Below the pieces are notes generated by a model that searched no databases, was not told where the DNA came from, and worked only from the letters and a program-made list of their open reading frames with translations. Made by a program: the position numbers and the translations under genes. This document shows positions 15,085-27,300 of a stretch of 64,000 nucleotides of DNA, piece after piece (position 1 is the stretch's first letter; the number at the start of each line of letters is the position of its first letter). The stretch is from Tubiluchus corallicola (lineage: Eukaryota; Animalia; Priapulida): NCBI GenBank assembly GCA_030141605.1, contig JAQGDQ010000012.1, forward strand, positions 886,359-950,358. The letters are read 5' to 3'.

Positions 15085-15670
15085 AATCATTATGTAACAA
15101 ACTAATGCATTGTTGCTCGTGGTCTATGATAGGCCTTGTTGCGGTCTGGGTTTGCTCTTGATTATTGGACTAGGTAATTTTTTTTCTGTTCTAGGTGTGA
15201 GTCTGGTTCGGCCTGTGGCTGTGGCTGTGGCTGTGTGACTGGAGTGTGGTCTATTTGAGGTCTGATCTATTAGAACTCTTTGATCTTCAGGTGTCTGGTT
15301 TTCAGAAGGCCGATCTACCATGTTTATCTTTAGCTGGTCCATCTGGGATCTGGTCTTCTAAGTCTGACCTTGCAGAGGTCTGATCTTCAGTGGCCAACAC
15401 AGATCGACCCCAGACCAGACCACTGATATATCAGGTCTCAGACGGACCGGACTCCAAAAAAGAGTAGACGTAGGGCAAACCACTGGTAGATCAGACCTCT
15501 AAAGACCAGACTCCAGTCAGACCAATGATTCACAGACAAGACCGAGTCACAGCCAGACCCACATCTAGAACAGAAAGAAACTTACTCAGTCCTGTAACTG
15601 GGGCAAACACGCGACAGGGCCTATCCGCAAACCACGATCAACTCTGCATTAGTTTGATACATAATGTATT
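15085..15670. mobile_element. Long imperfect inverted repeat (foldback/MITE-like)
   Basis: Arms are reverse-complementary: cattatgtaacaaactaatgca / tgcattagtttgatacataatg; ttctgttctaggtgtgagtctgg / ccagacccacatctagaacagaa; gaggtctgatcta / tagatcagacctc. The interior is built of GGTCTG/CAGACC subrepeats. Confidence 0.75.
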
Positions 15671-18600
15671 ATTTTTCTTACATAATGATTGTCACGTAGT
15701 GAACTTAACATTGAACTGTTCTGAATTAAGCCCAGATACAAGGATTATATTCTAGAAACAATACCAAATTGTGTCAGTAAAGACTGGGACGAAACGAGCA
15801 AAATAAATATTATATTTTCGATACACGAGATTTGCATCAGGGGAGCAGATTAACTACAAGGTACGTTGCTGGCTCAACTACTTCCAAACACATGTGCCCA
15901 TCATTAGGCCTCACATTTCCATTTCTTAGAAAGAAATCTGGTTATTCTGCCACATTTTTTTCAAACTTTTTAATACCAATGAGTTGAAAACTCTAGTAGT
16001 ATTTATCCAATTGAGTTAAAATTTATTGTGATGATTAGATAGAATGTCCTTGGTTCAAAACCGAAACGTGTAACTATTCAATAATTAATTAATTAGAGAT
16101 GTTTAATTAATTAATTTTAATTGATTTAAACTGCATGTTCGCATGACTCAATCTAGAAGCAACTTGTTAGGATGATTGGCTAAAATGTCCTTGATTCAAA
16201 GCAAAAAATTTGTTTACTCAGATGTTTAGCACGATGATTAACTAGAATGTCACCGATTCCTAAGACCTTTAGCGCCTGTTCTGCTGCGTTTTAGTCTGCA
16301 TTTATCCTTGAAAACCTTAACATTCGGCTATTAAATCTTTAAATTAACTTCTGTATTGATTTAGAATAAGCTTGCTCTCAAACGCTTCTAGTTTAATTCC
16401 AAAGTTTATGCTGATCTTCTTACAATAATTGTATATCTCTCGAATTTTGAATCACTTGCACAGCATTGTACCCCGTTAAACGTTTAGATACATTGCTGTA
16501 TACAGTTATGCACCTTATTATTGACTTTAGTCAGCGAGTGCCTCCGTATTGCATATTGTGGTGTATAACGCCATTGTAAAATTGGAATTGGGTTGTTTTT
16601 TTTATGATAAGCCAAATTCCTTTTTCCTTTTTCAAGCTCTTGTATTTCCCAGATATCTCACGTCTGTCAAATTATCATTATCTCATTATCAAAGTAAATT
16701 AAAATAGTCTAGTTTACGAATTTTTTCATAGGCAGTTTCTACATCGTCAGTTCACTGTTACATAAAAACAGCTATTTTCGTCTGTTTTAATTTTGGCAAA
16801 ACTGCACTCACAAAACAATAAACACGCGTTCTTCTTTGTGTAATTTGATTCACTTACGTTTCTTTTCCAAAGTGTTATATTGCATAATTGATAATATGCA
16901 TCAAGCGTATTAGTAAGTTTTTTTTTTCAAAATTGAAACATCTTTACGGGTTTCAATGGCCTGAATAAATAATTGATATGTTTTCTTGTAAAAACAACTG
17001 AATTCCTGCATGATACGTCATTGAGCCTATTGATTTTATTAGGTATAGACCCTTTTTAGGAACTTTTCCTGATTAAGCAACTGTTTACGTCTATAGAAAC
17101 ACATTTTTTAAACTTTGTTGGATAGAATTATCTCGGTCTAGACGTGACGGCACCAGATAAGTACATTATAATGACTATTGACACTTGACAGAGGCCTGAT
17201 CTTTCTAGGCCTAGTCTATAAAAAATTCTGGGACACTGCGCAGCGGGCATATATTCACTACTCTGTGTATTCTATCGCAGATCATAAAGTTTACCCACCT
17301 GTCGTTTCCCTCACTAGTGACAGGCCACAGAGTTCACTGGAGATAAGCTTCATGTTCAACTCAAAGTTTCATGTGTTCACTCCGATATGGGGTGTACCTT
17401 CACAGTAAGCCCTTCCTGCCTCGAAAAAACCAAACTCTCCAAGTCCTTACTTTAGGGTTTGACAGGGGTTTGTTGTCAGCCAATCAAGCGTGATTTGAAT
17501 GTACAATGAAATGTAAAATTATTTAGCGCTTGTTATACTATTTAATTATGAAGGAAAGTTTTCGCTTAGTAAATTTTGCAAAAGACATACCGATCGTTCT
17601 GAATTATTCAATACTGAATGAGTTCTGACACAATTAAGTTTGCACAATGGAAATCCAAACGTGTCCATCCTCTCTTATTTTGTAAATTTGTGCTTTGGCG
17701 ATGGTTAATTGGAAATCGGCGCTAACATTGAACCCATTATTTTGACATTGAGCGGTGTGAGTTCTTCATTCATTAGGCGGGAACTGACATAGTTATTTGT
17801 TATTTCATCAAACAAGGTAATTTTAAGACGTACAAAGGTACAAAGAAAAGACAACATTGCTTTATCCCGGGCAAATTTCTGCTAAAAAGACCGGCAAAGT
17901 TTCGGTGCAACATGAAAAAAGTTTGTTGGCCCAGAAGGCTGAAAGATAAATAAAGCATTGGATTGCTGCATTAATAAGGTCTGTACGTAACTAGACTGTG
18001 CATAAGCAACTTCTTTCAAACTTCAATGACAGTTTTTTCTGTTTTTGCTCGCTATAATGGACGTGCAAACGCATAAAGTACGCCGTGAATCTACACCAAT
18101 TTATGAACGAGTTTCATTTGCGATCCTGTAAAAGTTTCATTCTAAATAACTGGTGTTAAATTTTCGGAGTCAGTTGTTAAATTTTAGGTGCTATTTTACA
18201 TTCGTTGTTCGTTTTCTTTTTTACGAATGTCGCCTAAGAACTTAATTTTATCAGATCTTATTATTATTGTTTTTGAAAACTAAAGCAAAAGCGGATTGTG
18301 GATAGTGAATGTCTGCAAAATGTATACAAAATTATTTCATTTGCAGATTTGACTGACTGCACAGTAGCTTAAAAAATAAGATTGCATTGATTGATTTCGA
18401 GTCGCAGTCGAGCAGGAACTGCTTGGAAATCTGTCAACAATTTGTTTCGCAGAGTTCAGATGAAACGAAGAAACATGTCGCTTGATTGAAGTGTTAAGAA
18501 GTGAAGCACCCAAAACGTCTTTTGGTTTTGTTCACAAAACGCTTAAGACATCAGTATTCTCAAGTTGGACCCATAATCGTAAAAAAATTGTGGATTTTTC

Positions 18601-19494
18601 ACGCGAAGAGAATAAGGACTATTTTTTATTTCAGTACTGATAACCTATATTTACATACGAAATGCTACAAAATAGGTTACGAGGTTTTTTATTTATATTT
18701 TGCACACCTAAAGTACATCAGCAACTGCACATTTAAGCCTACATGCCTGGCTTTTACGCTTCTTGATATAGGAAACCTACTTTTATAAAATTCTGATGAT
18801 TGTACATGAAATCTGTAAACGTTCCCTTAGAATAAATAATATAAAGTACAAGTGATGTTAATACGGTATATAATAGCATCTTGTATGTAATGTTGTTTTA
18901 ACGGACAGAAACCATAGTCTGCGCCCATTCTACTTCCGCGTGAAAGATTGCACTGATTTCAAAGTTCCTGTATTCGTGGAAGTGTCGTAGCGTCAACATG
19001 GACAGAATCAAACTTGAGGGACGGTAGTCATAATCATATCAGGACGCGTTCTTCTGTTTGTGATTAACCGCTTTTGACACTATATAGTTATAAATCTAGT
19101 TCGTTGTTTAATTAACAAATAAAACAAGACGGCGTTAAAATATACCGCTTAATCTCTAATAGCAATAAATTTGTTGACCTGACGTACAAATACTGTAATC
19201 TAATGTTTACGTGTACCAGACAATTATTATTTTATCCATGCGTGAAACATCGATATATTAGCAATTATAACTACTCGATCTACAATCGAACGACTATACG
19301 CGATACCTAAATAAACAAATTATTGCTGTATGAATGTTTTGCTCTGAAAATCGCGCCACGTTTGCCAAATCTTCAAGCGAATCACAATAACGTAATTTTG
19401 TTTAGAAATTGTTTCTGCACCTCTAAGTCGCTGAAAAGAACAAAAGAACCATGAAGATTACAAATCTGTAGTGACTGGACCGCTGACACTAGTT

Positions 19495-22265
19495 ATGGAC
19501 GAGTCAACGAATGAACCACAACACAAAGGGGTTATAGCAAACGTGGTTGAGAGAGAGGTAAGATATACATGTATATATATATATACATGTATATATCATA
19601 TATATATGTATATGTATGTATATATATATATATGATGTCTTATATATGCTTTTACTTCGTATTCTTTAAGTTAATTATCTAAACAGTATATCAGTTTTGA
19701 CATATTTTTTGCGTTTTTGCAAATTGTTAATGTTTTCTAACTGATAAGATAGCCAAATCTCCTAAACGTTTTTCATTTTCACTTTTCTAATTAAATTTTT
19801 AGGCTTTTACTGCAACACTTTTTTGTGAAAATCCCGTGATCGTAGTAAAACTTTTTTTAATGTAGTTTGGAGGTGCTATTTAAATATACATATATCTAAC
19901 ATTTTTCGTTTTTTATCTTATCTGAATTAATATTCGTCGGTAAGTTTCAGTTGTGTAGTCATGTTAATTGTTAGATTTTCGAGAAAATGCTTCACCATAT
20001 CACACAGTCTAGTAAGCAGTGTATCAGCAAACACTTTGCTCATGTCCTACACATGAAATTAAATGTTTGGGAAGTCGAAAAGCAAAAATATTGTTACAGA
20101 AAAATGTGTTATGTTCCTTAACAGACTCTGCCAGTTTCTTTTACAAAAATCCATTTTAGGCGGACCAAGATGTAATCAAGAAGGCGTTCATGATAAAAAG
20201 ATCTCTGGGAAAAAGTCGGCTGCTTCTTCAGCACTTTAATTACAAGCAACGATGGTTCATTCTCACTCAAGGATTCCTTATGTATTGTGACGGCACACCA
20301 GAGGTTAGTTAAGTTTCTCTATTCGAGGCCAATGGCCAATTCTTGTTAAAAGTAACAGTGAGAAAATGAGAATATGGATACAGCTTATATAACAAATTTG
20401 CGAGTATCAAATAAATCTGTTGAAACAAGTCGTTAAGTTAGTGAGATAAAACATTGATTTAAATCATTGATTGAATAATACCCAAGATTATAAAGATTAA
20501 AATTATTAATAAATGCTAATGATCACTCCAAGAGAACTGTTGGCTTTTAAAAACAGTGAAACAAATTCTGAGTGCACCTTTTTAAAAAAGTACGAACACC
20601 TTCGACAGAAATCGCGGAATAGATGCTAAATCAAACCCGACTAGATTGGCAACGAAATTAACAACTTCCTAAGTTCCTAAGGGCCTTCTAAATTTACCCA
20701 TTTTAATTGTACAGCGAGTTGGTAAACTGAAAGGGGAAATACAGCTGAAGAATGTAACATTCATTGAAGCGCTCGATGACGATGCTTTGGACAGAAAATC
20801 AGCTTTTCAAGTAAGTTTCTCAAAGGCAACAGTCATTATGAAAGGTATACTGGTTTTATGTAATCGACACGTAGACATACAGGGTGTCTCTACAATACAA
20901 GTCTTTTTAGAATAATAAAAATTGATTATAAAGACAGATATTAGATAAAATAATTAATTCTGACAATATCCGACACATTAATTTAAGTCTTTTACATTTA
21001 ATATAAATTTTTTGATTACATTTCCTTGATTTATAATAAGCCTGGCTTAAGGGCAAATCAAATATTTTTTTATAAAAGTCGGCATCAAATTTTACTGAAA
21101 AAAATACCATCAAAGTAAAACATTTTTTTAAATTTCGGTCAATCTAGCGGTAAATAGAAACTTGCTTTATACTAAGAGTGAGTGTCTAAGACGGAGATAA
21201 TTCTTTATGACAACACTTGGAACAATTTATAAAGAAGTGAAAATACATGATGTTTCAGTCTACTACTGTGAGCTACATTTATGTAAAAAAGTATAGAAAA
21301 TAGTACAAAGAAAAGGCACAAAACCACAAATTATCACTTTTACTCTTCTTGCAACTTTTTAGATTGGATACATTGAAGGAAGTTCTGATTTAACACTTTA
21401 CATCATTGCTAATTCCGATGTCCAACGAGAAGAGTGGTTACACGACATTAGACAACGTAAGCACAATTATATACAAAATTTTGTCATACATTTGTGAGAC
21501 AATTGCTTCATGAACATACATCGTGGTGCGATATAATGATAAACTAAGCGATGTTTCATGGCAACTGTTAAAGTCTCAATAAGACGAATTAAAGTTGTTC
21601 TGTGGTGCAGAAAGATTCATGTATAGAAATCAGCTAGCAGGGTTACCTGGCGATGGAGCGCAAATGTTTCTGTATCTTCTCAAACAGCCAAAGGGAAAAT
21701 GTCGATTGAAAAACGGAGAAATCGGTGCTGAACACATTATTAGGAAGAGGCTACCAGTAGAGGCGAGTATGGCAGAGGTGATCAAACGCCGAAACATTTA
21801 GTATTCAATACCCCTCTTGCTCAAAATGATCTACCAGCACGTATACAGGGCCTATAGGCTGCAATTTCAAGGAATTCATCGTTTTAGAGACAAAAAAATC
21901 TGCAAGATATTTGTTGAAATTCTGAATGATTTGATTCTCAACGACAAACTTGTTTTTAACGATACCTTTATCATATATTATCACTGTAATGTGGCGGGCA
22001 TAGACAGAAAAACTGTGTATCTTGCTTAGTAACTAAGTCTATAGAAATTTGTCATCTAAACAGGTTTGCATAACCGTTTAAATGCTCTAATCCTGAAAAT
22101 TATCATCCTGTCTTGTACGTACTCCCTCATATTACTAGTAAATTACATGAAATCTCACTCCATCTCCGAATGAATCTATCCATCCATCCGTCCATCCATC
22201 CATCCACCCATCTATCTATCCATTCATCCACTATCCATTCTTCCACCCACGCATCCATCCATCCT

Positions 22266-22306
<41 letters not shown>

Positions 22307-24300
22307 CACTCTTCCTCTTTCTCTCTCACTTTCTCTCTGTCTCTCTCTCTCTTAAGTTTTTATTTCTATCTTTTTTTAATCTATTTGAAGTGCATGTGTA
22401 TATGTAATCTAACTAATGCTTTTGTGTGATTTTCCAAATTGTATAATAAGGTAGAAATTATTGTCACCTTTTCACAAGAAATACGTTTTGTATTTTTAAA
22501 CTAATCTGTGAATTTGAGTGTGTAGACTATGCGCTACTTTTTTCGTTTAGGAAATTATTTTTAAGAATATGATCTTTTTTATTAACTAGTGTTTCCTGTT
22601 TGTTTATCTGATTTTGATATGTTTTAACTTTTCCGATGATCTTATCTGTTTTGTAGTTGATTTGTAAATTTGTGTATGCAGTATTTGTCACAATTTTCCC
22701 TCCTCCAAACAGAAGGACAGTTGTACATATTTTTATAAATAAAGATTTTAAATCTCTTTCTTCTTTCTCTTTCTCCTCTGACTCTCTTTCTCTATCCCTC
22801 TCTTGCCTAAAATACAAAAAATGTTTATTTTTGACCGGAACGGGACAAGTTATCTTTATACAATTACTATGACCTATTTGCCCTATTCTGTTCTTTGGCG
22901 GTTCAACGACTCTACTTTCTGCGTCATTTGCATTTATAAAGAGTATCAGATAATGATTGTCGGATATTTTACCTCACTCGTAATTTAAATACGACAATGA
23001 GTATCAAAATAAATAAATCTTCTTTGACTCCATTCTCTAACAAGTATGGAGGGTCATCTGACTCACGGTACATATTAGTCAGTGTTGATGTAAGACGTGT
23101 CATAGGTTAATGACATGTGATCGAAATAAAGAAGTAATTATATTTATACTTCATAAATCAACACAATCATTGTCGTAATTACAGGCATGCGCAGTCTATA
23201 ATTTCACGTTTTATTTGTTTAGTGTGTAGAAATAACAAAAATCTCAGGAAACGGTATCACTCATGCATATACACTCAGCAAAGCTGGAAATGTTGTGAGG
23301 AAACTGACAAACTTCACGAAGGTTGTTGCAGCACGACGCCGATTGTGCCAAAGGGTCCAGTGCCCAAACCAAGGATCCCAGAAATTCCTTCACGAAAAAA
23401 GGACCTAGCGAAAACCACTTTTCCAAGGCAAAACAATAAACGTGTTGTGGAGCAATTTTACAAAAAGGACGAGGCATGCGGCGTTCCTGATATGGTAGTG
23501 TTTTTTATTCTTCTCAAAATTAGCTTTTGAAACATTGCAATAAGCGTACTGATGTAATTGCCACACATCCAAACATCCATTATACATATACTTGCTGTTT
23601 GTGCATCTCAGTTTGAGCGATTCATCCAGTCAACTTGATAAGTAAGAAAACTATTTGAAATATTATTGCTATTACTAGGTTAATGGTTGTTTCATTTGCC
23701 TTCGCCACATAGATTTAAATTCATTCTTCGCCATCACCATGCATATTGTATAATGTAAACAGATGAGTTGAGCAAAACTTCTTCCCTTTGCGAAAAACAG
23801 CGAATAAGAGGCTGCATTCAAAAAATTTAAATACCACTGTAAAGACTACGTACAATGCGAACAATGTACACATTACATACCTAAGACCACTTATTTGTTT
23901 GAAACGCAAATCTGTTTAAAATTTAAACTATCATGCATTGATTATTATGATAACTTCCAGCTTGCAATTTGGTCCGATAAAAGTGCGTAACCGCGTGGGT
24001 TACTTTACTCGAACCTAGTGCCCACTGCCCACCCCTGCTTGAAATTGTGTCAACTTGTAGTGGGTCCGTCTCGAACTCACGTGTTTTTTCGCGAAACACG
24101 TGAAACAAAGTTTGTTGATAAAATTCTACATTATGAATGAGTAAAAGTAAATTAATGTGATATTGGTTTAATTTATTTGGTTTTAGAACGTTTTAAGCGT
24201 CGAAGTTTCTCAACCTGCCAATAATACTCGCCAAGATGGAACCCATGGAGGGAAAAAGCAAAAGAACAAAGCAACACCTCGCGTGAAAATGGCAGGTTAG
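19495..24300 (+). CDS. Tec/Btk-type PH domain + Btk zinc motif + proline-rich protein lacking SH3/SH2/kinase (260 aa as a stand-alone product)
   Basis: Exons 19495-19557, 20160-20303, 20715-20810, 21363-21456, 23223-23494, 24187-24300 are all GT-AG and in phase. PH: [31 protein letters not shown]...KGEIQL...AFQIGY...[15 protein letters not shown]. Btk motif: [24 protein letters not shown]. Proline-rich region: [17 protein letters not shown]. Confidence 0.85.
19563..19633. repeat. (TA)n microsatellite
   Basis: Interrupted TA run at the start of intron 1. Confidence 0.9.
22176..22351. repeat. Compound microsatellite (CATC)n-(TA)n-(GT)n-(CT)n
   Basis: Directly visible. Confidence 0.95.
24077..24103. 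promoter_or_regulatory. Paired palindromic E-boxes (TCACGTG...CACGTGA), MiT/TFE-type sites; candidate OCA2 promoter
   Basis: tcacgtgttttttcgcgaaacacgtga lies in a CpG-containing patch, ~190 nt upstream of the likely OCA2 ATG (24289). T-flanked CACGTG is the preferred MITF/TFEB site. Confidence 0.5.
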
Positions 24301-27300
24301 CTATATATTGAATTTTTAGTACTAGTTGTAGTGTAGTAATAGTATATTAGTAATAATGTCTCAATTAACGGTAGATCTTTATTACAACCTTATATTTCTA
24401 GTTTATTAAATTGAATAGTTCGCATGCATGCTCAGACCTCTGAAGATTAGATTTGAAAATGAAAATCTTGAAATAATATAAAACGTATAAATCAATTAAA
24501 GAAGTTGCAAGGGTTTCACTTCACATGTGGTCTGCACAATAAATTGGATTATTCCTCTTTTCTGCAAAACGTTGCGTAAATTTTGGCAGACTGCATTGTC
24601 ACAGAGAAAACATTAATAGGAAGCATTTGTCATATCTTTGGAGCTTTGCAATGAAAACTGTTATCTTTGAAAGCAATTTTATCCTGATAACTGTTTATTG
24701 TGTGTTGTCTCCATCTCCTGACACAAAGGAAAAAAATTTAATTTGCCTTTTTTAATAGAGCATATATTTTGTGAAGTTCACATGTCAGCTATCAAACTTT
24801 ATTTAAATCTTTAATTGAAAGAAAGCTCCTGGGAGCAGTCAACTAGGCGCCGTAAGTATATAAACAACTTAGTGCAGCTGTGCTCAAAAGGAGGACCACC
24901 ATTCAGTCCCTTAAAATTCTTAATCACTTTAAATATTTTTAAATCATAGTACACTTTGACTTACAACAACAGCCGATAGCAAATTCCGTATAAGTTAACT
25001 GTTTAAGAAACATGAGAATGAGGCTACAGATGGAACAAAAATTTCTTGCGTTTTACTAAATTTTGATGATTGTGCTTTACAATATCTTTTAGTGCAGTGT
25101 TTAGCAAATGTTGTTAAAGTGAAACCTTTAAAGATTGGCAAAATTGACCCAAAATATTTTTGGTAATTTGATTTTGAAGTTTTTAAAACTTAGTTTCTTA
25201 AATTTGATGACATTTTCTTGAATTATTTAAATGTTTGCGCTTGACATAAAATTTTTAATTTCAAATTCACAAAAAATAATTTGCTATCAGCTGTTGTTGT
25301 GAGCGTACTATCAATTAAAGTATTTAAATTCATTCGTGAAGCAGCTGCTGATATTTCCAACAAGTCTCTTCATCTTTATTTTCACCATTGCCAATGAACA
25401 ATAGATGTAGTTAGCAATATTTTCACCAAGCTAAAAGGAAGTAAATTAGATCTATGTCTATTAAAGTAAGTGGCTTGAAGAGTCAGATTCGAATTAATAT
25501 CTTGCTTCAAATAAATTTGGAAGAGAATAGCTGAGCAGTCAAATTAAATTAATGGATGACTGCCAGGAAAGTTGGACAGTTTCACCTGTTATACAGCACT
25601 GGTTATTTACTACTTTGTCATGTACTAACCCTACAGATTGAAACCTGACCCTAAAATATGAGAGCAGACTATAGAAAATATAGGCCAAATTATATGAATC
25701 TTACAGACTCGCAGCAGAGTGTAGGAAATGGAAGCTCCGATGTTCTAGCCATGTAGATTGAGACAACACTATAGAAATATAAAGCTTCCATCAATAACAT
25801 TTCCATTGCCTAATATAATATTATGATATTCAGGGAAAATTAATACATTCCATGTTTTACGTATCTTGTTAAGCAGAATGAAATGACATTTTGCACTGGC
25901 TGTACTCTGCAGCTTGAAGTTTGATGAATGAATTTCACATATGATCGTGTCTTCATGCTGTAATCCTGTTATATACTTAAAGAATAGGCCAAGTCTTCTG
26001 GAAAGTTCGGCTTATTTACTATGTTCGCAAAAATGCTAGAAGAATTTAGTAATAAAACTACAATAAGCACCTCGAGTAATTAGTAAAACCTCTTTAAAGT
26101 CGCTATTACTTCATGCTTGGACGCTCCCATTTTGAGAATGCCCACTTCTTCCAATGATGTCATTCACCCTGAAGAAAAGTAGCACACTGTCAATCTTCGT
26201 CAAAAGTATAATACGTTTTTACAAAAAACATTGATAGCTGATTTTGTAACATTTTTGCATGAATATTGGGTAAGCTGCTGAAGTTTGAATTAGTTTAAGC
26301 AGCGCGCACTCCCGGAAAGCCACGATGCGCTTATGAAAAGTCACAAAGTCCCCCAGTTGCATCATAATTTTCAAATGAATGGTGGCAATCACCATGCATG
26401 AAAATTTCTATTCGGAGGTAGTATATTTTAGATTTATGCTTTGTAGAAAGTTTTTTGCAAATTTGTTTGTTACATTCTTTTAAGTTTGAGTGATAACAGT
26501 AAAATAAACCCAAGAAACTGAGTGACTTGTTCTTTCTCTTATCTTGTTATGCTTTAGTTTCTTTATTTGAAATTGACAACTGGTTAATTACTCTTAATTT
26601 GTCACCAACTAGTTTGATATATTTAAAATCAACTACCGCATAATTGTTTTTGACTTTATTTGTACTTAATGGGTGTGATATTTTTATGTTTATTGCTAGT
26701 TTTATTTGCAGATTTCTACAGATGTCTAGACACAAATATGCACTAGACGTTACACTCATACATTCTTCAATACTCAGTAGTTGTTGTGTCCAAAAACTGC
26801 ATTTGAAATTAGCGAACTGAGTTTTTCAATTCTGAACTAGTAGTAACCTAGCTCACCCTCAATCAAGTAACAGCTAATCACACACACTAATACACACAGT
26901 TTGCTATAGGCGTCTGTAATATATAGTCAATTTTTATAGCCAAAAACTAAAAGTTGACTTAACAAAGCATCTACACTGTGAACATTGACAAGTTGTTGTT
27001 GTGTTCACTGTTTGACTTTTATCTGTGACATTTCCATTCATGTGTGTGCACAAGCCAGTCAGAAATGTGGTATAACTATTTTTCTTTTCTCTGATCTTAC
27101 GTCGTGATAAGCTTACTGCATGTTGTGCTTAATATAACATAAGAAATTACATTGATGACACCACTGCAAACATTAGTAAATTGGAGTTTAACTGAGTATA
27201 AATGAAAATGTTCAAAATAATTACAGGAGGTCGCTTAGCTTTATGCTGTGTATTAAACAAATATTTGTGTTATCTTCAATATTATAATGTTGCCTGTGTA

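Noticed and set aside
17280-17403. Exon-like segment (cgcag...CA|gtaagc) upstream of the PH-TH gene
   Set aside because: No recognisable protein similarity or partner exon; possibly a UTR exon but unsupported.
21590-21860. Possible mariner remnant (PYSP-like on the minus strand)
   Set aside because: Too degenerate; no matching TIR pair identified.
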